A DNA stretch of 64,000 nucleotides from an uncultured virus (IMG/VR IMGVR_UViG_3300035423_000032) (IMGVR_UViG_3300035423_000032:1-64000), one strand, 5' to 3'; counted from the stretch's first letter, positions 7,032-18,208 are shown. A program made the numbers and translations. Notes: generated from the sequence alone by a model not told the origin.

Positions 7032-9857
7032 TTAGTCCTCGTCTGTGGTATTCTTTATTACCTTAGCTGTCAATATACCGAATTTACCCTCGTCTTTCTC
7101 TGCCGAATCGGGTAATTCAAATGTGGGCGCACTCATAACCTTTGGTGTCTTAGCAATAAGGACTTCCCTATCCTCGCCACCGAGAGCAAATGTTGTTCCG
7201 TTGTAAGGTAAAGGATATTTTGCAATAAGTTGACCAGTTGTTAAATCTACGTCGAAATCTACGCCAAGAACATCCTCGTCAACACGCCAGCCAACGTCTG
7301 TTGAAAGCTGAATAATTGTTACCTCACTTGCGTCGCCTATCTCTACCCAAGGCAAGGATATTTTCTTTTGCATTTGACGAGTTTTAAGGTTGGGCTCCAT
7401 AGTAACAGCACCGTTCGTGTGTACCATTCTTATATGCCCTTCCATATCACGCATAAACAGTGTGTATGTGGTCGTTGAAAGGTCTTTGAGTTCTCTTTCA
7501 AGCTCTATACTGTCGTAGTACTCATCGTCGCTCACAATACCTATAAGGGCTTGCAGTGTGCCACTGTCATAATTCTGCACCGAACCCATTCTTGTCGGAT
7601 AGCGCGTAAAATTCGCGGTTAGAGAGGGTGAATTGTTGTTTGATACAGAACCTTGCGAAATGTTGTACTCAAATATGTATTGCTTTACAACGTGATAAGC
7701 CTCGTCTTCTTCGCTGTATTCCGTAGCCAACAAGCTATAATTTTTAAATCTCGGCGATATAGTTTTTTCTATTTCGACTGAAGACATAAGCGCGCCATTG
7801 TTATCGTAGGCAAATAAATGATAGCGGTAGCTTTTGCCGCTCACAATACCAAAGTCTTTAAGGCGCGTAACGAGTGAACTTGTTTTAGCAATCACTTTTA
7901 ATTCACTGCTACCTTCTTCTTGTCTATATATACGGAACCCCCTATTTGTTGAAACAGTACCTATACCACCCTCAATATTGTAAGTGAAGTTTGCTGTCAT
8001 ATATAGTTGGTAGGTTTCGCTATTCCAAGACGGCTCAAACGTTGCGCCGCCACCTGCTCGTAATTCGTTCAAAATCGTATCGCCATTACCCTGAATTACG
8101 GAAATACAATCGCACCCTGCACCATTCTCGCCACCGTCTATCATTACGGAAGTAATCGCGTCCTGCGTGTACCGCACCGACGTTCTGGTCCAGTCTAACA
8201 ACCTGTCGCCTTCGTATGAAAAAGCGTAAATATCTGTAGGCGTTATTAAAAGGGCGGTTTCTGAGTTGTCTGCTGCGATATTTAATTCGGCTTGAACATT
8301 GCTGCCGTTTGAGTTAAGAATATTTATCGCAATAAAGTTGCCTGTAACGTCTGAGTAGTCGTCTGCTATATCTATTACCCTGATATAGTACCCGACAAAT
8401 TCTTCATCGTCCCACTGCTCTCTAATTTCGCAAATATACCCTTCTTCTGTAACGCACAAATCGCCGTTTTGGGGTGGCGGGTTAGTCGGCGTAAATTCGT
8501 TTAACGTTAAGTCATATCTTTGCTGTCCTACGCTTAAATCGTCGTAAGGGTAGTTCCAAGTATATTTGATTTTAGGGGAAATTCTTGACGCGGTTATTCT
8601 GCCGTTATTTATATTCAAGAAATTGCCCTTGGGGGTAGCGTCATTTATTCTACCCTTCCATAAGACAGCCCACGGTCCCGTGAAGTTCATAGGGTTGTCT
8701 GTAACCTGATTCCAAGTTATTGTTGTATTTGCGGGTAACGTAACCGAGCCATTAGCCAGTGTATAAGTCCCGCTGGCGCGCGCCGGGATAATAGTTGCAT
8801 TATCAAGCACATCCCACGCAAGACCGACACTGTTCTCCGAGCGGTAATATTCTGCTGAAAATGAACCTGAATAAACGTCGGCTGTATAGCTCACGCTAAA
8901 TCCAACCCAGCCCGAACTGATTTGTATGCCTGATTCTGTTTCAACCGTACAGCGCACTGCATAGTCTGTGTTGTTGAATAAGCCGTCGAGTTCGTAGGCA
9001 AGCACTGACGTATAAATGTTGCCCGTGTCCGCTAAGTGGTTACTTCTATCGTGCCCGTCAGCAAGTTCCCACCGTACCCACTTAATCGCATCGTCTTGTG
9101 CTTGACTATAATCTGCCGTAAACTCTGCAAATGCAGTATTCAATGTTTCGCCGTCATTTACGCTTAACTGCAGTGTGGGGTGTGTCCTTGTAATTATTGC
9201 TGATTCTGAAATCTGTTGTACGAAGTCAACGCCAAAATCGGCATTATATTGAGGCTGGTCGCCCCAAATTCTTATTGCATTTTCGGGCGCGGTGCCGTTT
9301 GCATTAAAGCCCGCAGTAGTAAGAACTATGCGTTTTGTGTTGCCTTCTCGTGTTTCAATCCACCCAACGCCGTTTGTAAAGCTGTAATAGAATGTTATGC
9401 TGTCGTAATCTTCGTTTACTGCAAAATAGACCGCGCCGTTAGCGTACTCGTCGCTGTACTGATCCATAAGGAAATAATACATTTTGCCTCTTTGTGGCGC
9501 GGTGAGAGGTATTGAAACTACGCTATTTTGCGCTTTAAACCATTGTGTAATTCTAAACTTATAATCGTTGCCGTCTGCCAGTCCGAATTCACTTGCCCAA
9601 GTTCCGCCTGATATGTAAGAAAAGTAAACAGATTTACCGCGTTGGTCGGTACCGTTAAAGGGGCACCTTGTTGTTAAATAACCTGTCGATTTAATAAAAT
9701 TAGACTGTGCGTTGTTGGCGTACATATCAATTTGAAAGCCTTGTAACGCGCTATTGCCGTTTACTTGCCATTGAATATTTACTTGGTCGCTCGCCGAAAT
9801 CGTACCGCTGTTTGTAAATGTTGACGGTATTATTTGATTAGGCTCGTAAATCGCCAT
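7032..9857 (-). CDS. Large minor tail protein (distal-tail-like, with Ig/Fn3-like repeats)
   Basis: 941 aa, beta-rich, directly after the tape measure; GFRIYRQ...DFGIVSGKSYRY Fn3-like motif. Confidence 0.65.
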   Translation of the reverse strand: MAIYEPNQIIPSTFTNSGTISASDQVNIQWQVNGNSALQGFQIDMYANNAQSNFIKSTGYLTTRCPFNGTDQRGKSVYFSYISGGTWASEFGLADGNDYKFRITQWFKAQNSVVSIPLTAPQRGKMYYFLMDQYSDEYANGAVYFAVNEDYDSITFYYSFTNGVGWIETREGNTKRIVLTTAGFNANGTAPENAIRIWGDQPQYNADFGVDFVQQISESAIITRTHPTLQLSVNDGETLNTAFAEFTADYSQAQDDAIKWVRWELADGHDRSNHLADTGNIYTSVLAYELDGLFNNTDYAVRCTVETESGIQISSGWVGFSVSYTADVYSGSFSAEYYRSENSVGLAWDVLDNATIIPARASGTYTLANGSVTLPANTTITWNQVTDNPMNFTGPWAVLWKGRINDATPKGNFLNINNGRITASRISPKIKYTWNYPYDDLSVGQQRYDLTLNEFTPTNPPPQNGDLCVTEEGYICEIREQWDDEEFVGYYIRVIDIADDYSDVTGNFIAINILNSNGSNVQAELNIAADNSETALLITPTDIYAFSYEGDRLLDWTRTSVRYTQDAITSVMIDGGENGAGCDCISVIQGNGDTILNELRAGGGATFEPSWNSETYQLYMTANFTYNIEGGIGTVSTNRGFRIYRQEEGSSELKVIAKTSSLVTRLKDFGIVSGKSYRYHLFAYDNNGALMSSVEIEKTISPRFKNYSLLATEYSEEDEAYHVVKQYIFEYNISQGSVSNNNSPSLTANFTRYPTRMGSVQNYDSGTLQALIGIVSDDEYYDSIELERELKDLSTTTYTLFMRDMEGHIRMVHTNGAVTMEPNLKTRQMQKKISLPWVEIGDASEVTIIQLSTDVGWRVDEDVLGVDFDVDLTTGQLIAKYPLPYNGTTFALGGEDREVLIAKTPKVMSAPTFELPDSAEKDEGKFGILTAKVIKNTTDED

Positions 9858-9882
9858 AATTCTCTGCTCCTTTTCTTATTAG

Positions 9883-12800
9883 TTATTTGTTAGGAATAAT
9901 CTTTGCAAGCGAAAACAAGTCCGCTACGGTCATTGTCTTTGCGTCTTGGCTGACAGTCATTCCGTTTACAATTACTTGACCGCTATTATCGACACTATTA
10001 TTGGTATTACCGAAGTTGCTCTGTGTCATCGGCGATTGACTGTACTTATGAGCTTTCTCGAACATAATTCCCATATTATTTACATACTTATCCCATTCAG
10101 CATTCCGTCTGGGCGAAAGTATCATTGAAGTAAGGTCAGGGTCGTTTACGGTTTCGGGACGGCTGGTGGGTTTTGCCATATAGCCTGCTCCCCCAGCAAT
10201 ACCACCACTATCGAATGTGCCATAAACACTTGTAACTGTATTTTTTAATGCCTCAAAGTTTGTGTTTTTGTTATCTTTCCAGAATGAACTCCAACCGTCA
10301 AGCCCTCTTAACTTAACGATACCGCCATCAAGGTTTCCGTATAAGTCGCCGTTGTAACCAAAAATCGCCCTATCGCCTAAACCTAATGCGTCAACGGCTT
10401 GTTTCAGAATTTCGTCGTTTATTTCGCCAGCGTTTTCGACATTGTAATCTACGCCCGCCCATTTAACATTGCCATTGTCGCCTACTTTGCTTTTATTGAT
10501 ACCTCTGCCTTCCGCGCCTTTAAGGACGACGATTTTATCTTTGGCAATATCAACGTCGCTCTTTTGCTGTGGTTGATTCAGCGAAGGTGTAGTTTGGGTA
10601 ATTGAGGGAATCGGCGTGTAATCGCCCGGCTCTGTTTTAATCGGTTGAGTAACGTCAACTTTGGTTACTTCTTTTATTGCACCGACTATATCAGTGAAGA
10701 AACTCGGCAATTCGCCAGTATAGGTCCTTATATCAAAGGCAACACCCAAAATACTATCCGCAACACCCGATATGCTACCCGCAACACCATTTAGTTCACC
10801 AGCGAAACCTGCCATTTCTCCCGCATAATCGGTGTTCAACAGCAAGTAAGGAGCAACCTCATTGAGAATTCCTATTACTTCGTCGTTTGTGGTTTGACCA
10901 GATTCAAGCAACTCAATAATTTTGTTGTAGGCAGCCTCTTGAAGATTTTGCTGTGCCTTTAATAAACTTGCCTCCGCGCTCTCTATTTTGTCTTCGGCTT
11001 CGGCGATTTTCTTTTCGTCAGTCTGCCATTCCCACTGCCCAGTTGCAGTATTAAAACGTCTAACGGTGGCTTCGTTTTTGGCGTTTTCAAGGGCTTGTTG
11101 CGCCTCTAATACTTCTTTTTGGGCTTCTAATACAGAGAGTTTCTTTTCTTCCCATTCGTTGCTTGATTTTTCAGCATCACGCAACGCTTTAAGTTTGTCA
11201 ATAAGGTCGCCGTAAAGACTTGTAACCTTTGAAATATCGTTCGCCCATTCTTCGACGTGTGCCTTATATTTACCAATATAACCTGAAAGACCTTCGTTTA
11301 TGAATGCGATTATAGCGTTCTTTTGCTCGTCAGTGTACTCGGTAGTTTCTTGGATTATTTTCTTTAACTGGTCATAGGAATCGCCCGCCTCTGCCGACGT
11401 GCCCATAGCACCGTAATAAAGACTGGAAAGTGTTTCGTTGTTAAGGACTTGCGCCTTTGCGAATAAATCAAGTGTGCTACCCTCAATATCTTCAATATCT
11501 TTAAGGGTACTTTCCATATCGTTCGCAACGTCACGAACCCCAGACCACGCTTTATAAAGTTCCTTATATTTACTACTACTTTTGCCGTTTTTAGCGGCTT
11601 CCACTTCAAGGGCGTTAGAGAGTTTGTCTTGCCAGTCACGCAAAAGGTCAAGGTTTTCTTGCGAATAGCCGATTTGTATTGTATCGTCGTTTACAAACTT
11701 ATCGTAACCCTTTATCCCGGCATAATCGAATGAATCTTTCAAGTCCTTCATTTCGTTTTTATCGCCGTTGCCCATTGTGTTATCAATGGCATTGCCGAGA
11801 TATTCTTTTGCGTCTTCTAATTGCTTTTGTGCATCTTCGTAATCGCTTTGCGCTTTCAGCGCAGCCGCAGTACGGACTGATTCGATATACTGATTAACCG
11901 AACTTGTTAAATCGTCATAGCCAACGCGCAATGAAGTCAGATAATCGTTTTCAACGCCGTAGCTTTCTCTTAATTCGCTTGATAATTTTATTAAGTTGTT
12001 TAAAGCATCTGTTCTTTCTTCTTCGCTTGCAGAAGTATCACCCAAAACGTCTGCATACATTTCCAAGGACGCTATATTGTCCTGTAAGGCTTCATTGGCT
12101 TCATTCAGGGCTTCTACTGCGTCATTTATTGTTTCAATCGCTTGTACGGCTTCTTCTGTGGTTGCCTTTATTTCTTCGCGGGCTGCGTCCGCATTATCAT
12201 TACAGCATTGAACTATCGCCTGAATAATCTCAATAACAGCTGTAACCGCAAGCAAAATCCAACCTATAATGGGTATAGAGGCTAACAGCGATTTAATGCT
12301 TGCGGCAACAGCTTTAAAGCTCGCGGCAAGACCAGTGTTTGCCGTTGTTAAGCCGAGCGACGTTATTATTTCTGCGCCCTGTGTCGCGGTTAATGTTCCC
12401 GACGCAACAGCTTCCTGAATTGTTGCTTGTAACTTTGCTTTTTTCTTGGCAGACAATTTGGTTAAGGCGTTTGAAAGACCAGCCTCAGTTATAATCTGCT
12501 TAGCTTGCGCACCTGTAACCTTACCACTTGCGGCGGAGGCTGCAATATCTTGTACTACCTGCTGTTTTTGCTTTGAAGTAAGTTTTGAAATAGCAGTAGC
12601 ATCGGAAATTGTTGCCGTCTTGTTTTTTATTAAAGCGGACGAATAAGCATTTACTCGCGCAGCAGCCTCTGACATTGCCTTGTTGCGCAATACGGTACCA
12701 AGCACTACTGCGCCCGCCGCAACCAACGGCATTAAAAGGTGAACCTTGTCAAGAGCATCAGCAAATGTTAATAAGCCACTGGCCGCGTCCACGCCTAATT

Positions 12801-14652
12801 TCTTTAATGTTAATATGCTTTGCGCACCATTCAAAAACTCTTGCCATTGCGCATTGAGCGAATTCAGTTTTGCCGTATAAGTATCGAGATAATCTTCGTT
12901 CTGCAACATTGAATAGCCGTCCGAACCATCCATGTTTGAGAGCGAGGCTTTAACTTCTTCCATATTCCCCAAAAGGGCTATGAAGTAGTTTTTACGGAAT
13001 GTGTTTGCTGTGGTATAAACACCAGCGAGGTCGTCGTATATTTCTTCCAAGTCGCCCGCAAGTGCGTCTTTAAGAGCAGAACCGTCTTCGGTGTCGAAGT
13101 AAGCGTCGAGCTTATCCGCCTGCTCAACTGTCAAGTGTTGAATTTCGTCGGAAACTGCATACCAAACGTCGAGTATGCTTGCGGCACCCTTCTTATACTC
13201 AGCCACAACGTCTGCAACATTATCAGAGAGCGACGCGAATACGTTAAGTGCACTTGATTTGCTTGAATACTGAATTAACGAGTTAAGCGCGGTACCAAGG
13301 TTTTCACCGCTACGTCCAGTCGCCGCAGACAAAGCGGTAATTAAAGCGATTGATTCCTCTAACGTTAGATTCGCATTCGCCGCAGATGAACCCATACGTT
13401 GTAAGGCAGTTAAAAGCTTGTCGGTTGTAACAGCAGCATTATCCTGAGTAATATTTAGTTTATCAATAACGCTTTCGAGTTCGCTTGCTTCAATTTTATA
13501 CTGCGTTAAAATTGCAATAAGACCCGCGCTTGCGTTAGTTGCATCCAATTCAGCCGTATTAAGACCGAGCAGAGCCGCTTCTGTGGCTTTTATCGTATCT
13601 TCCCAAGAAAGACCTGTACGCGCAAAGTCAAGGGCGATAGCCTGTACATTTTCAAATGTCTGCCCATAATCTTGTGCCAAGCCATAAAGCGCACTCGATA
13701 TTTCCTCGTCGGCAAGACCGGGCATTACACGCTGGAATGCAATAACTGTATCTTCAGTTTTTACAAGAGTTTCATTGAGCGTGGAAATAGCACCCGTTAT
13801 TGCCTGTAAGGGCTTCATAACGAGCGTTGCTGATAATTGCCATACTAAGAATTTTTTAATAAGGGAAGTTATACTGTCGCCGCTCTTGTTTACTGCGGCA
13901 GTATTTCTCTCTACCGTCGTTGTCTGCTGTTCGGTTTCAGCGCGAGTTGTAGCAACGCTTGTAGATAAATTATTGTAGCCGTTCGCAAGCTCGCGTATTT
14001 TAAGCAACATTGCTTCGTTCGCGGTTGCGCCGTTCTTTAACTTACTGTTATAATTTTCCAGCGTTGTAAGTGCACTCTGCGTTTCAGTTTTAAGACTGTC
14101 AAACGTCCCAGCGGGGTACTGCTTTTCAAGCGACTTGATAGTTGAAAGCAAGTCAGCATATTTCTTCTGTAAGCCGTTTACTTGCGATTGTAATGTCGTA
14201 GCAGACTTAGTGCTATTATCTTGCGCCTTTTTAAGACGTTCTTGTGCTGACTGTAAGTTGACAGATGTTATCTGTGTTTGCTTTTGGGACTTTGTAAGAC
14301 GCTCTTGGGCGATAGCCAGATTTACGGACGCGGTTTGAGTAAGTATCTTTGCTTTCGCTAACCTTTCCTCTGCCGTTTGAAGATTTACAGTCGTTATCTG
14401 CGTTTTAATTTGCGCCTGAGTAAGTCTTTCGTTCTCTATGGCTTGCTTGGCAGTCTTTCCTGCAAGTCTGTCCGACTGGTCCGCCAAAGTCTTAAATTTC
14501 GCAGTAAGAGCTTCTATATCAGAAGTAAGTTTATTATTTATTGTAACAGTAGATAAAGACTGGGCAATCTCTCTAATCTTGCCTTCTAATTCACCAAGCC
14601 CCTGTTCGGCTTTCTTTTTTTGTATATCTACCGAAAGAATAATTTTTGCCAT
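9883..14652 (-). CDS. Tail tape measure protein (TP901-like core)
   Basis: 1589 aa, Ala-rich coiled coil; TGRSGENLGTALNSLI core; hydrophobic segments; 21-aa N-terminal repeats. Confidence 0.93.
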   Translation of the reverse strand: MAKIILSVDIQKKKAEQGLGELEGKIREIAQSLSTVTINNKLTSDIEALTAKFKTLADQSDRLAGKTAKQAIENERLTQAQIKTQITTVNLQTAEERLAKAKILTQTASVNLAIAQERLTKSQKQTQITSVNLQSAQERLKKAQDNSTKSATTLQSQVNGLQKKYADLLSTIKSLEKQYPAGTFDSLKTETQSALTTLENYNSKLKNGATANEAMLLKIRELANGYNNLSTSVATTRAETEQQTTTVERNTAAVNKSGDSITSLIKKFLVWQLSATLVMKPLQAITGAISTLNETLVKTEDTVIAFQRVMPGLADEEISSALYGLAQDYGQTFENVQAIALDFARTGLSWEDTIKATEAALLGLNTAELDATNASAGLIAILTQYKIEASELESVIDKLNITQDNAAVTTDKLLTALQRMGSSAANANLTLEESIALITALSAATGRSGENLGTALNSLIQYSSKSSALNVFASLSDNVADVVAEYKKGAASILDVWYAVSDEIQHLTVEQADKLDAYFDTEDGSALKDALAGDLEEIYDDLAGVYTTANTFRKNYFIALLGNMEEVKASLSNMDGSDGYSMLQNEDYLDTYTAKLNSLNAQWQEFLNGAQSILTLKKLGVDAASGLLTFADALDKVHLLMPLVAAGAVVLGTVLRNKAMSEAAARVNAYSSALIKNKTATISDATAISKLTSKQKQQVVQDIAASAASGKVTGAQAKQIITEAGLSNALTKLSAKKKAKLQATIQEAVASGTLTATQGAEIITSLGLTTANTGLAASFKAVAASIKSLLASIPIIGWILLAVTAVIEIIQAIVQCCNDNADAAREEIKATTEEAVQAIETINDAVEALNEANEALQDNIASLEMYADVLGDTSASEEERTDALNNLIKLSSELRESYGVENDYLTSLRVGYDDLTSSVNQYIESVRTAAALKAQSDYEDAQKQLEDAKEYLGNAIDNTMGNGDKNEMKDLKDSFDYAGIKGYDKFVNDDTIQIGYSQENLDLLRDWQDKLSNALEVEAAKNGKSSSKYKELYKAWSGVRDVANDMESTLKDIEDIEGSTLDLFAKAQVLNNETLSSLYYGAMGTSAEAGDSYDQLKKIIQETTEYTDEQKNAIIAFINEGLSGYIGKYKAHVEEWANDISKVTSLYGDLIDKLKALRDAEKSSNEWEEKKLSVLEAQKEVLEAQQALENAKNEATVRRFNTATGQWEWQTDEKKIAEAEDKIESAEASLLKAQQNLQEAAYNKIIELLESGQTTNDEVIGILNEVAPYLLLNTDYAGEMAGFAGELNGVAGSISGVADSILGVAFDIRTYTGELPSFFTDIVGAIKEVTKVDVTQPIKTEPGDYTPIPSITQTTPSLNQPQQKSDVDIAKDKIVVLKGAEGRGINKSKVGDNGNVKWAGVDYNVENAGEINDEILKQAVDALGLGDRAIFGYNGDLYGNLDGGIVKLRGLDGWSSFWKDNKNTNFEALKNTVTSVYGTFDSGGIAGGAGYMAKPTSRPETVNDPDLTSMILSPRRNAEWDKYVNNMGIMFEKAHKYSQSPMTQSNFGNTNNSVDNSGQVIVNGMTVSQDAKTMTVADLFSLAKIIPNK

Positions 14653-14673
14653 AAACTAACTCTCTTAATTGCT

Positions 14674-14754
14674 AAAAATAAAAGGCTATAAGCACCACAC
14701 TACTGCAGTACTCATAGCCCCTTTTGGCTCTTGCCATTGCCCACTTGCAACGGC
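14674..14754 (-). promoter_or_regulatory. Repeated structured RNA element, copy B
   Basis: GCCGUUGC-AAGUGG-GCAAUGGC hairpin, AAGAGCCAAAAG linker, 14-bp terminator stem, then UUAUUUUU. Confidence 0.8.
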
Positions 14755-14798
14755 GATATGATTACGACTATTTTTTGTAGTCGATTGTATTCAAAAAA

Positions 14799-15338
14799 TT
14801 AAAATGAAGTTTCGTTACCGTCTGCGGTAATTTGCCCAGTCTGAATAACATTCAATTCTTTATCGGCATTATTCATACCGCCAACGAATGATATTTCAGC
14901 TTGCTTGCCCTGTATCATATCTGTAACGAAATTGTCCCAGAAAGGACGAGGCGGTATCTTACGCTTACCAACATACCACTGATACCCTTTGCCAAGTTCG
15001 ATTACTCGTATAAGGTCATCGTTGCCAATTTCTTCGTCGTAAAGTGAGTGTTCACCTGTCGGCACATAACCGAATATGAGCGTGTTATCAATTACAGTTG
15101 CGCCAATATTTTCGTCCGAGTTGAGCGGTGTACCGTATGAAGGGTTCTCGCTTCTTCTTAAATATACTTTTGGGTCGTACATTGCATAAACGTCTAATTC
15201 GATATGCTGTTTTAAAACCGCCGACATATCGGAAGAAACGGCGTTCAAGCCTGCGCTTACTGCCTTATTTATTCTTGGCGTTAAAACTTCAAAATCGTTT
15301 GTTATGCTCTCTATGCCCAATATAGTAAAGTCCAACAT
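14799..15338 (-). CDS. Tail completion/neck protein (HK97 gp10-like)
   Basis: IELG...PPRPF motif; position in tail module. Confidence 0.55.
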   Translation of the reverse strand: MLDFTILGIESITNDFEVLTPRINKAVSAGLNAVSSDMSAVLKQHIELDVYAMYDPKVYLRRSENPSYGTPLNSDENIGATVIDNTLIFGYVPTGEHSLYDEEIGNDDLIRVIELGKGYQWYVGKRKIPPRPFWDNFVTDMIQGKQAEISFVGGMNNADKELNVIQTGQITADGNETSF

Positions 15339-15353
15339 AATTGCACCTGCTGA

Positions 15354-16103
15354 TTATGCGGGGCGTTGTTGAATTCGCCATGCACTTCTATCTGTAAAAA
15401 ACAGTTCAAACCTTTCACAGAATGGTTGACCTTGCGTTACTCGAATTATTTCACGCACGGTAACTTCTTTGTCTGTGCGGTGTAAACTTTCAAGGAATGA
15501 TTCCGAGCCTTTTCTGCACGCGCTTGTTATCGTCCTATACATAACAATAACTTCGCTCATTTTGACGGTAGAATCGAGCGTATAATCGCCGTACAATTCT
15601 TCCGCTTTGTCGCGGTTCTTTTTATACATAACGTCAAGTATTCCGCTTTTAATGCTTGAGCAAACGGAAAAATACTGTCCGTCAACTACCACATTTTTAT
15701 CTTTATTCGTGCCGACATATATTGTATAGCCGAGCTTTTCGGTTACTCTCTTGAATTCTATCAAGCGTCGACTACAGCAGATAAATCTATCGAATATCAC
15801 TTGTCGTTCGTATATACGCACACGGCGCGTCTTTCCATTCTTCTCACCCATTAAGGTTGAGCAAAAGAAATCACCCTTTACAATTAAACTTTTGGGAATA
15901 TCGCTTAATTGTGTTTCGTTAATATCAAGAAAATCTTCTACTATAAGATTTTCGGGAAGTTTCTTTACCTTACTTCCCCTTAAACTTAAAAAGCCGTACA
16001 CAATCAGGTTGTCGGGCAGATACTCGATTTCACTTTCAGTCAAATCAAGGCTACCGCCGTCTTTTTCCATTAACTCATATATCGTATCAATAGAATTCAC
16101 CAT
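15354..16103 (-). CDS. LRR-like repeat protein (LPxNLxVxGxLxL repeats)
   Basis: Three ~21-aa repeats GSLDL..LPDNLIV / GFLSL..LPENLIV / DFLDI..IPKSLIV; C-terminal YRTITSAC..G...F domain. Confidence 0.7.
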   Translation of the reverse strand: MVNSIDTIYELMEKDGGSLDLTESEIEYLPDNLIVYGFLSLRGSKVKKLPENLIVEDFLDINETQLSDIPKSLIVKGDFFCSTLMGEKNGKTRRVRIYERQVIFDRFICCSRRLIEFKRVTEKLGYTIYVGTNKDKNVVVDGQYFSVCSSIKSGILDVMYKKNRDKAEELYGDYTLDSTVKMSEVIVMYRTITSACRKGSESFLESLHRTDKEVTVREIIRVTQGQPFCERFELFFTDRSAWRIQQRPA

Positions 16104-16179
16104 TTTGCCACGCTTTTGTTATCCTATGCCCCCGACCAAACATATTCAGTCGGGGGAAGGATACCTATTTTATTTTGAC

Positions 16180-17319
16180 TTAGCCTGCTTGAACCACAAC
16201 CTTGCAAACCGCCGAAACGGACTCGTTTGCTGAAAGGGTAATGTTCATTTCAGTTTCACCTACGGTTACGCCTGTAACTACGCCGTCTTCGTCAACCTTG
16301 GCAATCTCTGTAGTGGGTACGGGTGCAGGTTCTTCCTCACCGTCTGCGTTCACCGCCGCCGTTGCTTGCTTAATCGCAAATACAAGGTCGGAATAGTCGG
16401 GGGTAACGATGGAATTGTCGGGCATTACATAGTAAACGGGGGTCTGAACTTTGCCGCCTACCTTTACTACCACCTTACCGCGCATAACTATAAGGTCTTT
16501 GACTGCCTGCGTTGTGTCGCCGCAAGGTACATAAACCATATAGCCGAATACGCTCTGGTCTTTTGCGCATTCCGAGCATTCCGTGTCGGTTTCGTCGTAA
16601 GCCAACGCCGAGAAACTCCACGTCGTGTTTGCGTTTGTGGTCTGCGAACCGTCAACGCCTGCGTCGCCGTCAATGAACTGCGCACGAGGAATGAATGCGT
16701 ACAAGTAACCCGCAAGCGAGCTGTTCTTGTCCGAATTGCCCTGCGCCTGATATACAGCCATCTTGACCATAACGCGCGCTACGACGGGCGAGAATGTCGT
16801 AGGAATGGAAAGTTCCTGAGCACTTGCAACTTCAACGTAGTAAAGTACGCAATAGGTCTTGCCTTCTTCTGCAACAAAGCCCTGAATTTCTCTCGATTTG
16901 GGGTCAACGCCGTAGTTCTTGCCGTCGTTGCCGACATAGCACGAATAATACTCGTTGTCAACGCTTTCACCGTAAGCCGAAACGGGCTTTCTCGAAACGA
17001 CAAGTTTAGAGTCTTTCGCTACGATATTCTCTCTGAAAGGAACCGTACCGTTATATCTGAGCGTGCCACCCGTTGCAAGCTGTCTTGCTTCAAGCGAGAA
17101 GTCTGCCGCCGTAACTTCGCCCTTAAATGCGGACGAATCGGGAATGTTGATAACTACGGGCGCGCCGATACCTGCACGGATTTCGCCTGCGTTACACGAA
17201 GTGCTTAACTTGGACGAGTCAATCTTGTTGGTGTAACCTATCAAATCGCCCGTCTTAACGTCGTGTGCCCACATATCTGCGGTGCCCTTAACATACAATG
17301 ACGAATTGTTTAATTTCAT
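16180..17319 (-). CDS. Major tail (tube) protein with C-terminal Ig-like domain
   Basis: Biased codon usage, AAGGAG SD; IAKVDEDGVVTGVTVGETE Big_2-like motif. Confidence 0.75.
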   Translation of the reverse strand: MKLNNSSLYVKGTADMWAHDVKTGDLIGYTNKIDSSKLSTSCNAGEIRAGIGAPVVINIPDSSAFKGEVTAADFSLEARQLATGGTLRYNGTVPFRENIVAKDSKLVVSRKPVSAYGESVDNEYYSCYVGNDGKNYGVDPKSREIQGFVAEEGKTYCVLYYVEVASAQELSIPTTFSPVVARVMVKMAVYQAQGNSDKNSSLAGYLYAFIPRAQFIDGDAGVDGSQTTNANTTWSFSALAYDETDTECSECAKDQSVFGYMVYVPCGDTTQAVKDLIVMRGKVVVKVGGKVQTPVYYVMPDNSIVTPDYSDLVFAIKQATAAVNADGEEEPAPVPTTEIAKVDEDGVVTGVTVGETEMNITLSANESVSAVCKVVVQAG

Positions 17320-17356
17320 ATTTTATCTGCTCCTTATAATTTTTGGTTTCGTCTTT

Positions 17357-18208
17357 TTAATTACCGTCTTTGCCGACGATTTTATCCAAATCGCCTAAGC
17401 CAGAAAGTTTTCCACGCATTTCGCCGAAAGAAATAAGTGCCGCCGATCCGTTCTCGTTTCTATCGAAACACCACGACGGGAAAGGATTGCCTTTACTGAA
17501 TTTAACCATTCCGCTTAATTCCGCTTGTCCGAACATATCAAATCGTTTTCCGCGCTCTATTGCTTGTCTTCTTCGCTCAAACTGTAATACTGTCCATTCG
17601 TTCAAGTCTTTCTCTTGCAGAAGGCTTTGGTAGGCTACCGATGCAATCATAGTGTCTGTGTCGATTTTTAATTCGCTCGCACCTTTGGCTGCTAAGTCTT
17701 CTTCGGCTCTTACGAGGTCGGGGTTGTCGCTTTCGTCTGGAAGTTCAATCCCGTTTTGTGTTGCCAGCATAGGTCGAATATCAATATCGAAATCGTCTGG
17801 CGTAATTTCGACGGTGTTTCCGTCTTGTGTAACAACTACTTTGTCAAGAATTCTTTTGTTGCCAGTTTCGGTGTAGATTGTTTTGAGAGCGTCTTCTCTT
17901 TTGTATTTGAGCCGCAATGATAAATACAAAAATCTGATTATTCTCTCAAAGAAACCTATCGAACTTCCCGTCGCAAATAAGCTATCGTAGTCGATAGCCC
18001 ACATTGCGGTAAGAAACGGCATACTCAAATACTCAAACGATAAGTTAGATAAACTCGTCATTCGGATTGCCAGCGCATTCCTTACGTCCAAAAATTCTTC
18101 GTAGTGTTCCATTTTTATGGGGTAGAATTTGAGCTTTTTCCAAGTCAGGGGTTCACCCTTTCTTATGCTTGCTCGCATTTCCCATGACATTGCTGTTTCA
18201 TTGCCCAT
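17357..18208 (-). CDS. Putative tail assembly chaperone/hypothetical protein
   Basis: Adjacent to the major tail gene; C-terminal WTVLQF...helical segment. Confidence 0.45.
   Translation of the reverse strand: MGNETAMSWEMRASIRKGEPLTWKKLKFYPIKMEHYEEFLDVRNALAIRMTSLSNLSFEYLSMPFLTAMWAIDYDSLFATGSSIGFFERIIRFLYLSLRLKYKREDALKTIYTETGNKRILDKVVVTQDGNTVEITPDDFDIDIRPMLATQNGIELPDESDNPDLVRAEEDLAAKGASELKIDTDTMIASVAYQSLLQEKDLNEWTVLQFERRRQAIERGKRFDMFGQAELSGMVKFSKGNPFPSWCFDRNENGSAALISFGEMRGKLSGLGDLDKIVGKDGN

Noticed and set aside
16366..17208. 280-aa plus-strand ORF and other long antisense ORFs (e.g. 41367-42005, 58929-59402)
   Set aside because: They lie opposite well-supported genes, lack SD or motifs, and are expected from codon bias
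14652..18208. Tail chaperone -1 slippery site before the tape measure
   Set aside because: No overlapping G/GT-type ORF pair is apparent upstream of the tape measure
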